Shown one piece after another: positions 45,641 through 55,334 of a stretch of DNA of 64,000 nt. The translations under genes and the position numbers were made by a program. Source of the stretch: Gemmatimonadales bacterium (lineage in GTDB: Bacteria; Gemmatimonadota; Gemmatimonadetes; Gemmatimonadales; GWC2-71-9); the NCBI GenBank assembly GCA_011772755.1, contig WVYX01000291.1, positions 27,365 to 91,364 on the forward strand, in the 5' to 3' direction. The notes below the pieces were generated by a model. That model searched no databases. It was not told where the DNA came from and worked only from the letters and a program-made list of their open reading frames with translations. Within the stretch, counting starts at the first letter, position 1. Each line of letters starts with the position of its first letter.

Positions 45641-47002
45641 CTATTGGTCCTGGATGCGGGTCGCGCGCGCCCGCGCGCGCCAGAGGTAGAAGGCCGGTAT
45701 ACCGCTGAGGATCAGCGCTCCACCGAGGGCCGCGTTGCGGAGATTCCACGCCACGGTGCTGATAACCGTGAATGCCGCGGTTCCGACGAAGAAGAGTGGG
45801 ATCCAAGGGTATCCTGGTGTCTGGAATGCGAGACCCGCGTCTCGTCGGCGGGATCTATAATAAAACACTGTGGCACCCACCATCCCAAAGAAGATCCAAT
45901 CGCCAAACACGACGTAGTCGAGTAGCTGGGCGTAGGTCTTGCTCATGACGAGGGCGACGGCCCACCCCGCCTGGATCAGCAGCGCCGCTGCCGGAACGTG
46001 GTGCTTCCGATGGAGGTGGGCGGCCGCGCCGAAGAACACGCCGTCTGCGGCCATCGCCTGGTACATCCGCGGGGACGCCAGGATAGCGAGGTTGAGGAAT
46101 CCAAACGTGGAGATGGTAATCCCAGCGGCGATAGCTGTCCCGCCCATCGGTCCCAGCAGTGCGCTCATCACGTCGGAGGCAGGTGCCGTGGAGGTGGCGA
46201 GGCCGTGCACGCCAAGGACCCGAACATAGATGAGGTTCGCGAGAACGTATGCCGTCACGACGGCTGCTACGCCGAAAATGAGCGCTCTCGGCAGGTCACG
46301 GCGGGCATCCCGCAGCTCTGCTGCGACGAAGTTGGTGCTCTGCCAGCCACCGTACGCGAAGAGCACGGGAATGAGGGCGGCTCCCACAGCTGCGAGCAGC
46401 CCAAAGCGCGATGCATCAGTGACCGGCTCTGGTGAAGGCGGCCCTGGGCTAGACGACACGGCGATGCCGACCGTGATGAGGGCGGCGAGGGCCGCGAGTT
46501 TGAGTACCGTGAAGACGTTCTGCACCACGGCACCAGGGCGGATGCCGAAGTAGTTGACCGTAGTGAGCGCGGCTATGGCCGCAACGGCGATTGGCGCGGT
46601 GGCGGCTCCCGGTCGGCCGGCTAGTGTTGTGGCGTAGCTCGCGAACGTCATGGCCACGGCAGCGATGCCACCGCTGTTGATAACCAGGAGTTGGGTCCAG
46701 CCGTACAGAAACGCCGGGAGCGGGCCGAACGCGTCGCGCAGGTAGACGTAGCCTCCGCCAGCTAGTGGCTTGTGGGCACCGAGTTCCGCAAAGCAGAGTG
46801 CTCCCGCCAGCGCGACGGCACCGCCGAGGAGCCAGACACCGACGGCGAGTGTGGGGGTCGCCAGGCGCTGGGCGACGACGGCGGGGTTGAGAAAGATCCC
46901 GGCCCCGACAATCCCTCCAATGACCAGCATGGTGGCATCAAAGAGGGTCAGCCGCCGGACATATCCGACCGCTCGCGCTGCAGCGGACTGCGGGGGAGTC
47001 AT
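45641..47002 (-). CDS. APC superfamily amino acid permease
   Basis: 453 aa with 12 predicted TM helices. N-terminal LTLFDATMLVIGGIVGAGIF motif. Confidence 0.88.
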   Translation of the reverse strand: MTPPQSAAARAVGYVRRLTLFDATMLVIGGIVGAGIFLNPAVVAQRLATPTLAVGVWLLGGAVALAGALCFAELGAHKPLAGGGYVYLRDAFGPLPAFLYGWTQLLVINSGGIAAVAMTFASYATTLAGRPGAATAPIAVAAIAALTTVNYFGIRPGAVVQNVFTVLKLAALAALITVGIAVSSSPGPPSPEPVTDASRFGLLAAVGAALIPVLFAYGGWQSTNFVAAELRDARRDLPRALIFGVAAVVTAYVLANLIYVRVLGVHGLATSTAPASDVMSALLGPMGGTAIAAGITISTFGFLNLAILASPRMYQAMAADGVFFGAAAHLHRKHHVPAAALLIQAGWAVALVMSKTYAQLLDYVVFGDWIFFGMVGATVFYYRSRRRDAGLAFQTPGYPWIPLFFVGTAAFTVISTVAWNLRNAALGGALILSGIPAFYLWRARARATRIQDQ

Positions 47003-47155
47003 GGCCGCCGAGTATTAGCTGGTTCTTGCTCCAACGCAAGGCACCTCGGAGCTCATTGGGGCGCACCGGCCGACGGGTATATTGCACCGGGAAAGACAGG
47101 TACTGCGGCCAGCCGGGCGGACGCACAGCCGCTGCGCGGACGCAAGGAGGTGTTC

Positions 47156-48523
47156 ATGTCCATCGATTCGGTGAATCCCGCTACCGGCGAAACGGTGGCG
47201 AGGTATGAGGAGACGACGCCGGGCGAGGTTACCAGCATCCTCGAGAGCGCCGAGCGAGCCTGTGCAGCGTGGCGGCGAACGAGCTTCGAGCAGCGGGCGG
47301 CACTGATGAGGCGAGCCGGAACCGTGCTGCGGCAACGTGAGGACGAGTACGCAGCCCTGATGGCGACTGAGATGGGTAAGCCCCTGCCACAGGGGCGGGC
47401 AGAGGTAGAGAAATGCGCGTGGGTGTGCGAGTACTACGCAGAGGAGGCGGAGCGGTTCCTGGCTCCGGAGGAGGTCACGACTGACGCCTCCAGGAGCTTC
47501 GTCACGTTCCAACCGCTCGGCGTGGTTCTCGCCGTGATGCCCTGGAACTTCCCACTCTGGCAGGTATTCCGCTTCGCCGTGCCCGCTCTCATGGCGGGCA
47601 ATGCCGCGGTGCTCAAGCACTCCTCCAACGTGATGGGCTGCGCCCTGGCAATCGAATCGGTGTTCCACGATGCGGGCATCCCCAGGGATCTGTTCCGGAC
47701 GCTGGTCGTCGGGTCGTCGAGGGTCTCCAGCCTGATTGCGGCGCCGCAGGTTAAGGCTGTGACGCTTACGGGCAGCACCCCGGCTGGGAAGGCGGTGGCG
47801 GCTGCGGCTGGGGCGGTGCTCAAGAAGACGGTGCTCGAGCTCGGGGGGAGTGATCCGTATGTCATCCTTGAGGATGCGGACCTGGAGGGTGCGGCTGAGA
47901 CCTGCGTGAACTCACGTCTCATCAACAGCGGCCAGAGTTGCATTGCCGCGAAGCGATTCGTGGTACTGGAGTCTGTGCGGCGCCGGTTCGAGGAGCTGTA
48001 CGTACAGAAGATGCGGGCAAAGAGAATGGGCGACCCGTTCGAGGAGGGTGTGGATGTCGGGCCGCAGGCGCGCCGGGATCTGCGCGACGAGCTGCATCGA
48101 CAGGTGACCGAATCGGTTTCCCGCGGGGCCAAGGTGCTGTTGGGAGCCGAGGTCCCTGCGGGCTCTGGCGCGTTCTATCCACCCACCGTCCTGACCGATG
48201 TTGTACCGGGAATGCCGGCGTATGAGGAAGAGCTGTTCGGCCCAGTGGCTGCCATCATCGGGGTTCGAGATGAGGCAGATGCGATCCGCGTGGCCAACGA
48301 CACGTCGTTCGGTCTGGGTGCGGCGGTGTTTACGCAGGACGTCGCCCGCGGCGAGCGCATTGCTGCGGGGGAGCTGGAAGCGGGCTCCTGTTTCGTGAAC
48401 GCGTTTGTGAAATCCGACCCACGGCTCCCGTTTGGCGGTATCAAAGAATCTGGGTACGGGCGCGAGCTATCGATCTTTGGGATTCGCGAGTTCGTGAATA
48501 TCAAGACCGTATACGTCAAGTAG
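47156..48523 (+). CDS. NAD(P)-dependent aldehyde dehydrogenase (succinate-semialdehyde dehydrogenase-like)
   Basis: ATG 47156 follows AAGGAGG. Motifs VLELGGSDP and NSGQSCIAAKR (catalytic Cys). 455 aa. The track's 583-aa version has a non-homologous extension overlapping the permease. Confidence 0.9.
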   Translation: MSIDSVNPATGETVARYEETTPGEVTSILESAERACAAWRRTSFEQRAALMRRAGTVLRQREDEYAALMATEMGKPLPQGRAEVEKCAWVCEYYAEEAERFLAPEEVTTDASRSFVTFQPLGVVLAVMPWNFPLWQVFRFAVPALMAGNAAVLKHSSNVMGCALAIESVFHDAGIPRDLFRTLVVGSSRVSSLIAAPQVKAVTLTGSTPAGKAVAAAAGAVLKKTVLELGGSDPYVILEDADLEGAAETCVNSRLINSGQSCIAAKRFVVLESVRRRFEELYVQKMRAKRMGDPFEEGVDVGPQARRDLRDELHRQVTESVSRGAKVLLGAEVPAGSGAFYPPTVLTDVVPGMPAYEEELFGPVAAIIGVRDEADAIRVANDTSFGLGAAVFTQDVARGERIAAGELEAGSCFVNAFVKSDPRLPFGGIKESGYGRELSIFGIREFVNIKTVYVK

Positions 48524-48532
48524 GGATCCGAG

Positions 48533-49246
48533 ATGAACCTCCGCGATGCCACATGTGTTGTGACGGGTGCTACCGAGGGCATCGGTCGCGCCGTCGCTCG
48601 AGCCCTCGGCACCGAGGGTGGCAAGCTCGCCATCTGCGCCCGCAACGCCGCACGGGTGGATTCGGTACTGGCGGATCTCCGGGGAGACGGGGTCACTGCC
48701 ATCGGCCGAGCCTGCGACGTGTCCAACGAGGCGAGCGTCGACGCGTTCGCGCGATTCGTGCGGGAGGAGCTTGGCAGCCCGGATGTGCTGGTCAACAACG
48801 CCGGGATCGCTCATTTCGCCGCGGTGGACGAGATGTCGACGGCGGAGTTCGATGCTACGATGGCGGTGAATGTCCGGGGTGTCTTTCTCATGACTCGGGC
48901 GTTCCTCCCGGACATGAAGCAGCGGGGCCGCGGGCATATCGTGAATATCGCGAGCCTCGCGGGCAGGAATCCGGTGCCGGGGGCCGCGGCCTACTCGGCA
49001 TCGAAGCATGCGGTCCTGGGGTTCTCGAAGTCGCTGTTCGCGGAGGTGCGGAAGCACGGTATCCGTGTCATCACCATCTGCCCTGGGTCGGTGGTGACGC
49101 CGTTCTTCGAAAAGTCCGGCGGTAACCTGGAGAGTCCGGAGCGCAAGCTGCAGCCGGACGACATTGCGGAGACTGTGGTCGCGACCCTGAGCCTGCCGGA
49201 CCGCGCCCTCATTTCCGAGCTGGATATCCGGCCGACCAATCCGTAG
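48533..49246 (+). CDS. SDR family oxidoreductase
   Basis: VTGATEGIGRA, NNAGI and YSASKHAV motifs. Confidence 0.88.
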   Translation: MNLRDATCVVTGATEGIGRAVARALGTEGGKLAICARNAARVDSVLADLRGDGVTAIGRACDVSNEASVDAFARFVREELGSPDVLVNNAGIAHFAAVDEMSTAEFDATMAVNVRGVFLMTRAFLPDMKQRGRGHIVNIASLAGRNPVPGAAAYSASKHAVLGFSKSLFAEVRKHGIRVITICPGSVVTPFFEKSGGNLESPERKLQPDDIAETVVATLSLPDRALISELDIRPTNP

Positions 49247-49344
49247 GGCGCCGGGGAGCCGGCTCTGTTCATCTCGGCCCGTCTGCCGTGGTAGCGGCTG
49301 GAACCCCTCGGCCATCCGGAACGAGGCCGTATTAAGTTACCGCA

Positions 49345-51234
49345 ATGAGCGCGCCTATCATGGTCCACGGCTTTCCCAGTCGCGGACGGAGTGGGGACTC
49401 CCCCGGCAACGGCCTGCCCTCGTGGAGTGACCGTCTTGCGGCACTCAAGTACGTGCCGCCTCTCCTCAAGATGGTGTACCAGACCCACCGGGGTTACACC
49501 CTGGCTATCGTTGCCCTCCGAGTGGTGCGGGCTCTGGTCCCGCTCGGGCTCCTGTGGGTCGGCAAGCTCATCATCGAGGCGGTCGAGTTCTCCTATCGCG
49601 ATGCCCAGCCGGTGGACTGGTACCGCCTCGGGACTCTGGTTGCGCTGGAACTCGGGATCGCAGTGGCTGGCGAGGCCTTGGCCCGGGCGTCGGCGCTGTT
49701 CGAGAGCCTGCTGGGCGACCTCTTCTCCAATCGCGTCTCTGTCCGGCTCATGGAGCACGCCGCGCGACTCGACGTGGCACAGTTCGAGGACGACGAGACC
49801 TACGATCATCTCGAGCGGGCGCGGCGGCAGACGGTTGGACGGATCGGGCTGCTGGCGCAGATCCTGAGCACGGTGCAGGATCTAATCACGCTCTTGTCCC
49901 TGGCTGCGGCCCTCATCCTCTATGTGCCGTGGCTCCTCCTACTCCTCGCGGTAGCCGTGATCCCGGCCTTCCTCGGTGAGACGCACTTTGCCGCCCTGGG
50001 CTACTCGCTTCTGTTTCGGTGGACGCCCGAGCGGCGCATGCTGGATTACTTGCGGTTCACGGCGGCAAGCGACGGATCGGCGAAGGAGGTGAAGCTCTTC
50101 CGCCTCGCGCCGTTCCTGGTTGGGCGCTACGCAGGGTTGGCGGACGATTTCTACAGAGCCAACAAGCGACTCTCGACCAAACGGGCTACGGTTTCCACCC
50201 TGCTTGCGGCCGTGGGATCGGTGGGGTACTACGGTGCCTACGCCGTGATCATCTACCTGACGGTGATCGGCTATCGCAGCCCGGCAGGCCTGTTCACCAT
50301 CGGTGTGCTGACATTCCTGGCGGGTTCGTTCCGGCAGAGCCGCGATCTGATCCAGCGAATCCTGCTCATGTTGTCACAGGTGTACGAGCAGAGCCTCTAC
50401 CTACGTGATCTCTTCGCCTTCTTCGAACTCAAGCCGCGTGTCGTTTCAAAGCCTGGTGCAATCGCGGTGCCAAAGCCAATCACCAGGGGATTCCTGTTCG
50501 AGGATGTGAGCTTCAAGTATCCCGGCTCAGACCAGTGGGCAGTTCGCAATCTCAGCTTTGCCCTGCGATCAAACGAGTCGGTGGCCCTGGTTGGGGAGAA
50601 TGGGGCGGGGAAGACGACGCTGGTCAAGTTGCTGTCGCGCCTCTACGATCCGGAGGAGGGACGCATCCTTCTCGACGGCGTGGACCTGCGGGAGTACGAC
50701 TTGGGCAGCCTGTGGGCCAATGTTGGGGTGATCTTCCAGGATTTCGTTCGCTACGCGTTTCTCTTCAAGGAGAACATCGGTGTGGGACAGGTCGAGTACG
50801 TCGATGACGAGGCGCGCATACGCGAGGCAGCCAGGCGGAGCCTGGCTGATTCGGTGGCGCAGCGCCTGGCGGGCGGATTCGACCAACAGTTGGGGCGGCG
50901 GTTTGACGGCGGTGTGGAACTGTCGGGTGGCGAGTGGCAGAAGATCGCACTCGGTCGCGCATACATGCGGGAGGCCCAGGTGCTGATCCTGGATGAGCCC
51001 ACGGCATCGCTGGATGCCCGGGCGGAGTATGAGGTGTTCCTCCGCTTCACCGAGCTCACCCGGGGGCGGATCGCCGTGCTGATCTCCCACCGCTTCTCTA
51101 CGGTGCGGATGGCCGATCGGATACTGGTGCTGCAGGATGGCAGTCTGCTGGAGCACGGTACGCACGAGGAGCTCCTGACCCGCCGCGGCCTGTATGCCGA
51201 GCTGTTCAATCTCCAGGCGGCGGGATACCGCTGA
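49345..51234 (+). CDS. ABC exporter, fused permease/ATPase
   Basis: Six-TM N-terminal half. Walker A GENGAGKTT, signature LSGGEWQK, Walker B LILDEPT. Confidence 0.88.
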   Translation: MSAPIMVHGFPSRGRSGDSPGNGLPSWSDRLAALKYVPPLLKMVYQTHRGYTLAIVALRVVRALVPLGLLWVGKLIIEAVEFSYRDAQPVDWYRLGTLVALELGIAVAGEALARASALFESLLGDLFSNRVSVRLMEHAARLDVAQFEDDETYDHLERARRQTVGRIGLLAQILSTVQDLITLLSLAAALILYVPWLLLLLAVAVIPAFLGETHFAALGYSLLFRWTPERRMLDYLRFTAASDGSAKEVKLFRLAPFLVGRYAGLADDFYRANKRLSTKRATVSTLLAAVGSVGYYGAYAVIIYLTVIGYRSPAGLFTIGVLTFLAGSFRQSRDLIQRILLMLSQVYEQSLYLRDLFAFFELKPRVVSKPGAIAVPKPITRGFLFEDVSFKYPGSDQWAVRNLSFALRSNESVALVGENGAGKTTLVKLLSRLYDPEEGRILLDGVDLREYDLGSLWANVGVIFQDFVRYAFLFKENIGVGQVEYVDDEARIREAARRSLADSVAQRLAGGFDQQLGRRFDGGVELSGGEWQKIALGRAYMREAQVLILDEPTASLDARAEYEVFLRFTELTRGRIAVLISHRFSTVRMADRILVLQDGSLLEHGTHEELLTRRGLYAELFNLQAAGYR

Positions 51235-51264
51235 GCCCTGCCACCTGCCCTCCTCCCACCCCCC

Positions 51265-51315
51265 ACCCGGCGGTCCCCCACCCCTCACTACCCCCAACCC
51301 GGCGGTCCCCCACCC
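51265..51315 (+). repeat. 19-nt perfect direct repeat ACCCGGCGGTCCCCCACCC x2 (period 32) inside a C-run-rich spacer
   Basis: Copies at 51265-51283 and 51297-51315, with a degenerate third copy near 51326-51350. More than ten runs of at least 3 C between 51241 and 51335. Confidence 0.75.
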
Positions 51316-51331
51316 TACCCCGGCAACCCCG

Positions 51332-51373
51332 CCCGGCGGATCGGCGGTCGCGTAGAGCGACCCGACCGCCGGG
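51332..51373 (+). terminator. compound GC hairpin downstream of the ABC exporter gene
   Basis: Inner stem GGTCGC-GTAGA-GCGACC (51346-51362). Outer stem CCCGGCGG / CCGCCGGG (51332-51339 / 51366-51373). No U-tract. Confidence 0.4.
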
Positions 51374-51474
51374 GGTGGAGCGGCTGAGGTGTGGCAGGAC
51401 CGCCGTGGGCAGGGTTGCGGGGTGAAGCAGGCGGAGGCATGTTCCACGTCCCCTGATGCAGGAGGTGCGAGACC

Positions 51475-53574
51475 GTGAAGGTCTACAAAGGAGATGCCAT
51501 CCGGAATGTCGCGGTCGTCGGCCACGGCGCGAGTGGCAAGACAAGTCTTGTTGATGCCCTCGCGTTCGTGGCCGGCAGTAGTTCGCGACACGGTTCGGTC
51601 CAGGATGGGACCGCTCTTACCGATCACACTCCCGACGAAATCGAGCGACAGTACTCTATCAACCTCGCCCTCGCCCACGCTGAGTGGAACGGCGTCAAGA
51701 TCAATCTGATTGACACCCCAGGCTACCTCGACTTCATCGGCGATGCGGTGGCTGGGATCTACGCGGCCGATGCGGCCCTGATCGTCGTGTCTGCCACAGC
51801 GGGTGTCGAGGTGGGCACCGAGAAGGTCTGGGAGTATGCTACGGAGCGCGGCATTCCCCGGCTGTTCTTTTTGTCGTTGGAGGACAAAGAGAATGCCGAC
51901 TTCGAGAAGGTCTTCCAGGACATCAAGGCGCACCTGACCTCAAAGGTGATCCCGATCGAAATCCCGATCGGGGAGGGTCCGGAATTCCGTGGGATCATCA
52001 ACCTCTTTTCCCGGAAGTGCCACGTCTACAAGAAGGGCACCAAGACCGGGGAGTACGACGAAGAAGAGGCGCCTGAGGAATACCAGGAGCGGCTCGAACG
52101 CTACTCGCAAGAGCTCATTGAAACGATCGCCACCACCAATGACGAACTCCTCGAACGTTATTTGGGCGGTGAGGAGATTTCTCGAGAAGAGGCGATCACG
52201 GCAATGAAGGACGGTATGGCTCGAGGGGAGCTGTGCCCGCTGTTGTGCGGCTCGGCGCAGCTCACCTACGGCGTGCGGGGGGTCCTGACGAAGCTGGTGG
52301 AATTGGTCCCGCCGCCGTCGGAGCGCCCGGCTCTGCGGGGGGAGACCTGGGGTGAGGTGAAGCCGATTGACGTCAGCGCGGTCGACGACGCGCCGTTCGT
52401 CGCCCAGGTCTTCAAGACGGTGTCCGAACCCCACGTCGGCGACGTCTCGTTCTTCCGGATCTACTCCGGGGCTGTGTCCAACGGTGCCGTAGTGTTCAAC
52501 GCGCCGCGAGGTTCGGCCGAGAAGCTCAACCACCTGTCGGTCACCCAAGGGAAGGATCGGGCCGAGGCTCCCTTGCTGCACGCGGGTGATATCGGCGTGG
52601 TGGCGAAGCTCAAGGACACACACACCAACGACACCCTGTCGACGCAGGGCACACCCGTCGTGCTGTCGAAGATCCCGTTCCCGGACCCGCTCACGGTGCT
52701 GTCTGTGAAGGTGAAGCAGCGGGGGGAGGAGGACAAACTCTCCACCGGGCTGCACAAGCTGCATGAGGAAGACCCCACCTTCCGGCACGAGTACAACGGA
52801 GAGCTCCAGCAGACGCTGATCAGCGGTCGGGGAGAGCGGCATCTGGAGGTGATCGTGGGGCGCTTGGAACGGAAGTTCGGTGTGCACGCCGAGCTTGGGA
52901 AGCCACGCATCGCGTACCGGGAGACGTTTCAGAAGAAGGCCGAAGGGCAGGGGCGCCACAAGAAGCAAACCGGCGGACGCGGCCAGTTTGGCGACTGCTG
53001 GATACGTATCTCACCGCTCGCGCGGGGTGAGGGTTACGAGTTTGTAGACCAGATCAAGGGCGGCGTGATCCCCAACAAGTACGTTCCCGCTGTTGACAAA
53101 GGAATTCGGGAAGCAGCTCGGCGAGGGACGTTCGCAGGCTATCCCACGGTGGACTTCAAAGTCGAGTGCTATGACGGATCGTACCACGACGTGGACAGCA
53201 GTGAGCAATCCTTCAAGATGGCTGGGATTCTGGCGTTTCGGAACGTAGCGCCCGGTGCGCACCCTGTGCTGCTCGAACCGATCCTGGAAGTGGACATCTG
53301 GACGCCCGAGGAGAACCTGGGCGACGTGATGGGCGACTTGTCGGCGCGTCGCGGTCAGATCCTTGGCAGCGAACCGGACAACCGGCTCGCGAAGGTGCGT
53401 GCGTTCGTTCCCGAAGCCGAGATGTACCGGTACGCTACGCAGCTCCACTCGATGACGCACGGCCGTGGCACCTTCCGTTGGACGTTTTCCACGTATCAGG
53501 AGGTACCGCCCGAGATCGCGGAGAAGGTGCGCGAAGAGCGGCGAAAGGAGTTGGAGAAAGAGAGCGGCAGGTAG
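51475..53574 (+). CDS. elongation factor G paralog (EF-G2-like)
   Basis: GTG start 9 nt after GGAGG. G1 reads GHGASGKTS rather than the AHIDAGKTT of canonical EF-G. DTPGYLDF, and domains II-V collinear with EF-G. Not in a str-operon context. Confidence 0.88.
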   Translation: MKVYKGDAIRNVAVVGHGASGKTSLVDALAFVAGSSSRHGSVQDGTALTDHTPDEIERQYSINLALAHAEWNGVKINLIDTPGYLDFIGDAVAGIYAADAALIVVSATAGVEVGTEKVWEYATERGIPRLFFLSLEDKENADFEKVFQDIKAHLTSKVIPIEIPIGEGPEFRGIINLFSRKCHVYKKGTKTGEYDEEEAPEEYQERLERYSQELIETIATTNDELLERYLGGEEISREEAITAMKDGMARGELCPLLCGSAQLTYGVRGVLTKLVELVPPPSERPALRGETWGEVKPIDVSAVDDAPFVAQVFKTVSEPHVGDVSFFRIYSGAVSNGAVVFNAPRGSAEKLNHLSVTQGKDRAEAPLLHAGDIGVVAKLKDTHTNDTLSTQGTPVVLSKIPFPDPLTVLSVKVKQRGEEDKLSTGLHKLHEEDPTFRHEYNGELQQTLISGRGERHLEVIVGRLERKFGVHAELGKPRIAYRETFQKKAEGQGRHKKQTGGRGQFGDCWIRISPLARGEGYEFVDQIKGGVIPNKYVPAVDKGIREAARRGTFAGYPTVDFKVECYDGSYHDVDSSEQSFKMAGILAFRNVAPGAHPVLLEPILEVDIWTPEENLGDVMGDLSARRGQILGSEPDNRLAKVRAFVPEAEMYRYATQLHSMTHGRGTFRWTFSTYQEVPPEIAEKVREERRKELEKESGR

Positions 53575-53597
53575 GCGTTACGTGGGAATTGCTGGGC

Positions 53598-53628
53598 GGC
53601 AGTGGGGCGCCGCGCGCGCCCTACTGCC
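53598..53628. terminator. hairpin between convergent EF-G2 and kamA-like genes
   Basis: 13-bp arms GGCAGTGGGGCGC / GCGCCCTACTGCC (one mismatch) with a 5-nt loop, followed by GTTTGCGTCTTG on the plus strand. The right arm covers the kamA-like stop codon. Confidence 0.5.
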
Positions 53629-54820
53629 GTTTGCGTCTTGTCGGCTTCCGGTTGCCGTTTCCGGATCTGGCGGAGCGATTGTTTCGGCCGAGCGACACCT
53701 CATTGTTGAAGAGCGGGAGCGATCCGTAGTCCGACTCTGGCGCGCCCGCCTCGACCAGAGCCTCTTCCCGTGGCTGCGTCCATACGTACCGCTCGCCCCG
53801 GTAGTTTCGCAATACGACCTCCGATTCCGTGATGCTCTCGACGTACTCGGGGAGCAGGGGGATCTTGCCGCCGCCGCCTGGCGCGTCGATCACAAAGTGG
53901 GGAACGGCCAGCCCGCTGATCCAGCCCCGCAGACCAAGGATGATCTCTAGACCCTTTTCCACGTTCGTCTTGAAGTGCTCTACGCCAGCGACGTTGTCGC
54001 ACATGAAGATGTAGTAGGGACGCACGCGGGCGGTCAGGAGCCTCTGCATGAGTTCCCGCATGACTTCCACGTCGTCGTTCACTCCCTTGAGCAGCACAGT
54101 CTGGCAACCCAGCGGAATCCCGGCATCAGCGAGCATCTCCAGGGCGCGAACGGCCGCCGGGGTCAACTCGGCCGGATGGTTGAAGTGGGTGTTGATGTAC
54201 AGCGGGTGGTGCTTGGCTAGCACCTTGCAGAGGGCCGGTGTGATGCGCTCAGGCAGATGGCACGGGATTCGGCTCCCGATACGGATCACCTCCAGGTGCT
54301 TGATCTTCCGCAATCGACCCAGGATGAGACTGAGCCGACGGTCAGAGAGGAGCAGAGGATCCCCACCGGAGAGGATGACGTCACGAATCTCGACGTGCTG
54401 TTCGAGGTAGCGGAATGCGCTCTCTAGCTGCGCCATCGGAATCTTCTGGGGGTCACCCACCTTCCGGCGGCGGGTGCAGAACCGGCAGTAGGCTGCACAC
54501 ACCGGACTGACCAAGAAGAGCACCCGATCGGGATAACGATGGGTGATGTTGGGGACCGGACTGTCCGCGTCCTCGTTCAGACTGTCAACGACTCCGTCGA
54601 TTACCTCCAGCTCCTGGAGATCGGGCATGTACTGGCGCCAGATCGGATCGCCGGGTTCCTGAATGAGGTCGACCATTGCCGGCGAGATCCGGAACTCGAA
54701 GTTGTCCACCGCCGCCTGCAAGCGCGGCAAGTCTGGGAAATGCTCTGGCCCGAACTTGTCGACGAGCTGTCGCAGCGTACGGATGCCTCGGTCGTGAAGA
54801 AGCTTCTGCCATTCAGCCAT
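53621..54820 (-). CDS. KamA-family radical SAM 2,3-aminomutase (lysine 2,3-aminomutase-like)
   Basis: CAAYCRFCTRR (CxxxCxxC), SGGDPLL, and GxxxxAxPxFVIDAPGGGGK near the C-terminus. Collinear with KamA/AblA/EpmB. Confidence 0.9.
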   Translation of the reverse strand: MAEWQKLLHDRGIRTLRQLVDKFGPEHFPDLPRLQAAVDNFEFRISPAMVDLIQEPGDPIWRQYMPDLQELEVIDGVVDSLNEDADSPVPNITHRYPDRVLFLVSPVCAAYCRFCTRRRKVGDPQKIPMAQLESAFRYLEQHVEIRDVILSGGDPLLLSDRRLSLILGRLRKIKHLEVIRIGSRIPCHLPERITPALCKVLAKHHPLYINTHFNHPAELTPAAVRALEMLADAGIPLGCQTVLLKGVNDDVEVMRELMQRLLTARVRPYYIFMCDNVAGVEHFKTNVEKGLEIILGLRGWISGLAVPHFVIDAPGGGGKIPLLPEYVESITESEVVLRNYRGERYVWTQPREEALVEAGAPESDYGSLPLFNNEVSLGRNNRSARSGNGNRKPTRRKRQ

Positions 54821-55334
54821 GGTGCGCCGTCTCTGTCGTGGGAGGAGCGAGATGCTTGGTGTAGACGATCAAGTCGTCGCCAGGCGCGTAGTAGTCCGCG
54901 ATGTGAGCGGCTCGCGTGTAGTCCAGCACCTCGTAGAACGCACGCGTCGGCCCGTAGTCCGGACGAGATGACGTCTCAATGACTATGAGCCGGCCGCCGC
55001 GGGAACGAATGGCCTCTTCGCTGGCGAACATCAGCTGCCGGCCGATGCCACGGCGCTGCACCGCTGGGTCGACCACGATCCAGTAGATATCCCACGTTGC
55101 GAGGGTGCAGGGAGTCGGACCGTACAGCGAGAACCCGACGAGTCTCGAGTCCTCGAACGCCCCCAGGGCGGTGTAGTCAGCTTCTGGATCTGCGATGGCA
55201 TCGTCAAAGACTTCCAGTGCAACGGCGACTTCGTCAGGGCGAAACACGGCGGTGGCCTGTACGCTCTCCCGGACCCGCGGTCGGTCGGCTGCGCTGGGAG
55301 CGCGAAGCGTGATCACGGCGTCGCCGACGCTCAT
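54813..55334 (-). CDS. GNAT family N-acetyltransferase
   Basis: 173 aa with acetyl-CoA motif VQRRGIGRQL. Its ATG shares ATGA with the upstream stop, and its stop overlaps the kamA-like ATG by 8 nt. Confidence 0.85.
   Translation of the reverse strand: MSVGDAVITLRAPSAADRPRVRESVQATAVFRPDEVAVALEVFDDAIADPEADYTALGAFEDSRLVGFSLYGPTPCTLATWDIYWIVVDPAVQRRGIGRQLMFASEEAIRSRGGRLIVIETSSRPDYGPTRAFYEVLDYTRAAHIADYYAPGDDLIVYTKHLAPPTTETAHHG

Noticed and set aside
50569-51933. 454-aa minus-strand ORF spanning the ABC ATPase end, the repeat spacer and the EF-G2 start
   Set aside because: It crosses an intergenic repeat region and is antisense to Walker/signature motifs and the EF-G G-domain. This is a shadow ORF.
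51475-54820. Functional link between the EF-G paralog and the KamA-like gene, by analogy to EF-P beta-lysylation via EpmB
   Set aside because: The two genes are convergent and separated by a terminator hairpin. No EpmA/PoxA or efp gene is in the window, and the KamA-like gene is embedded in its own four-gene operon.
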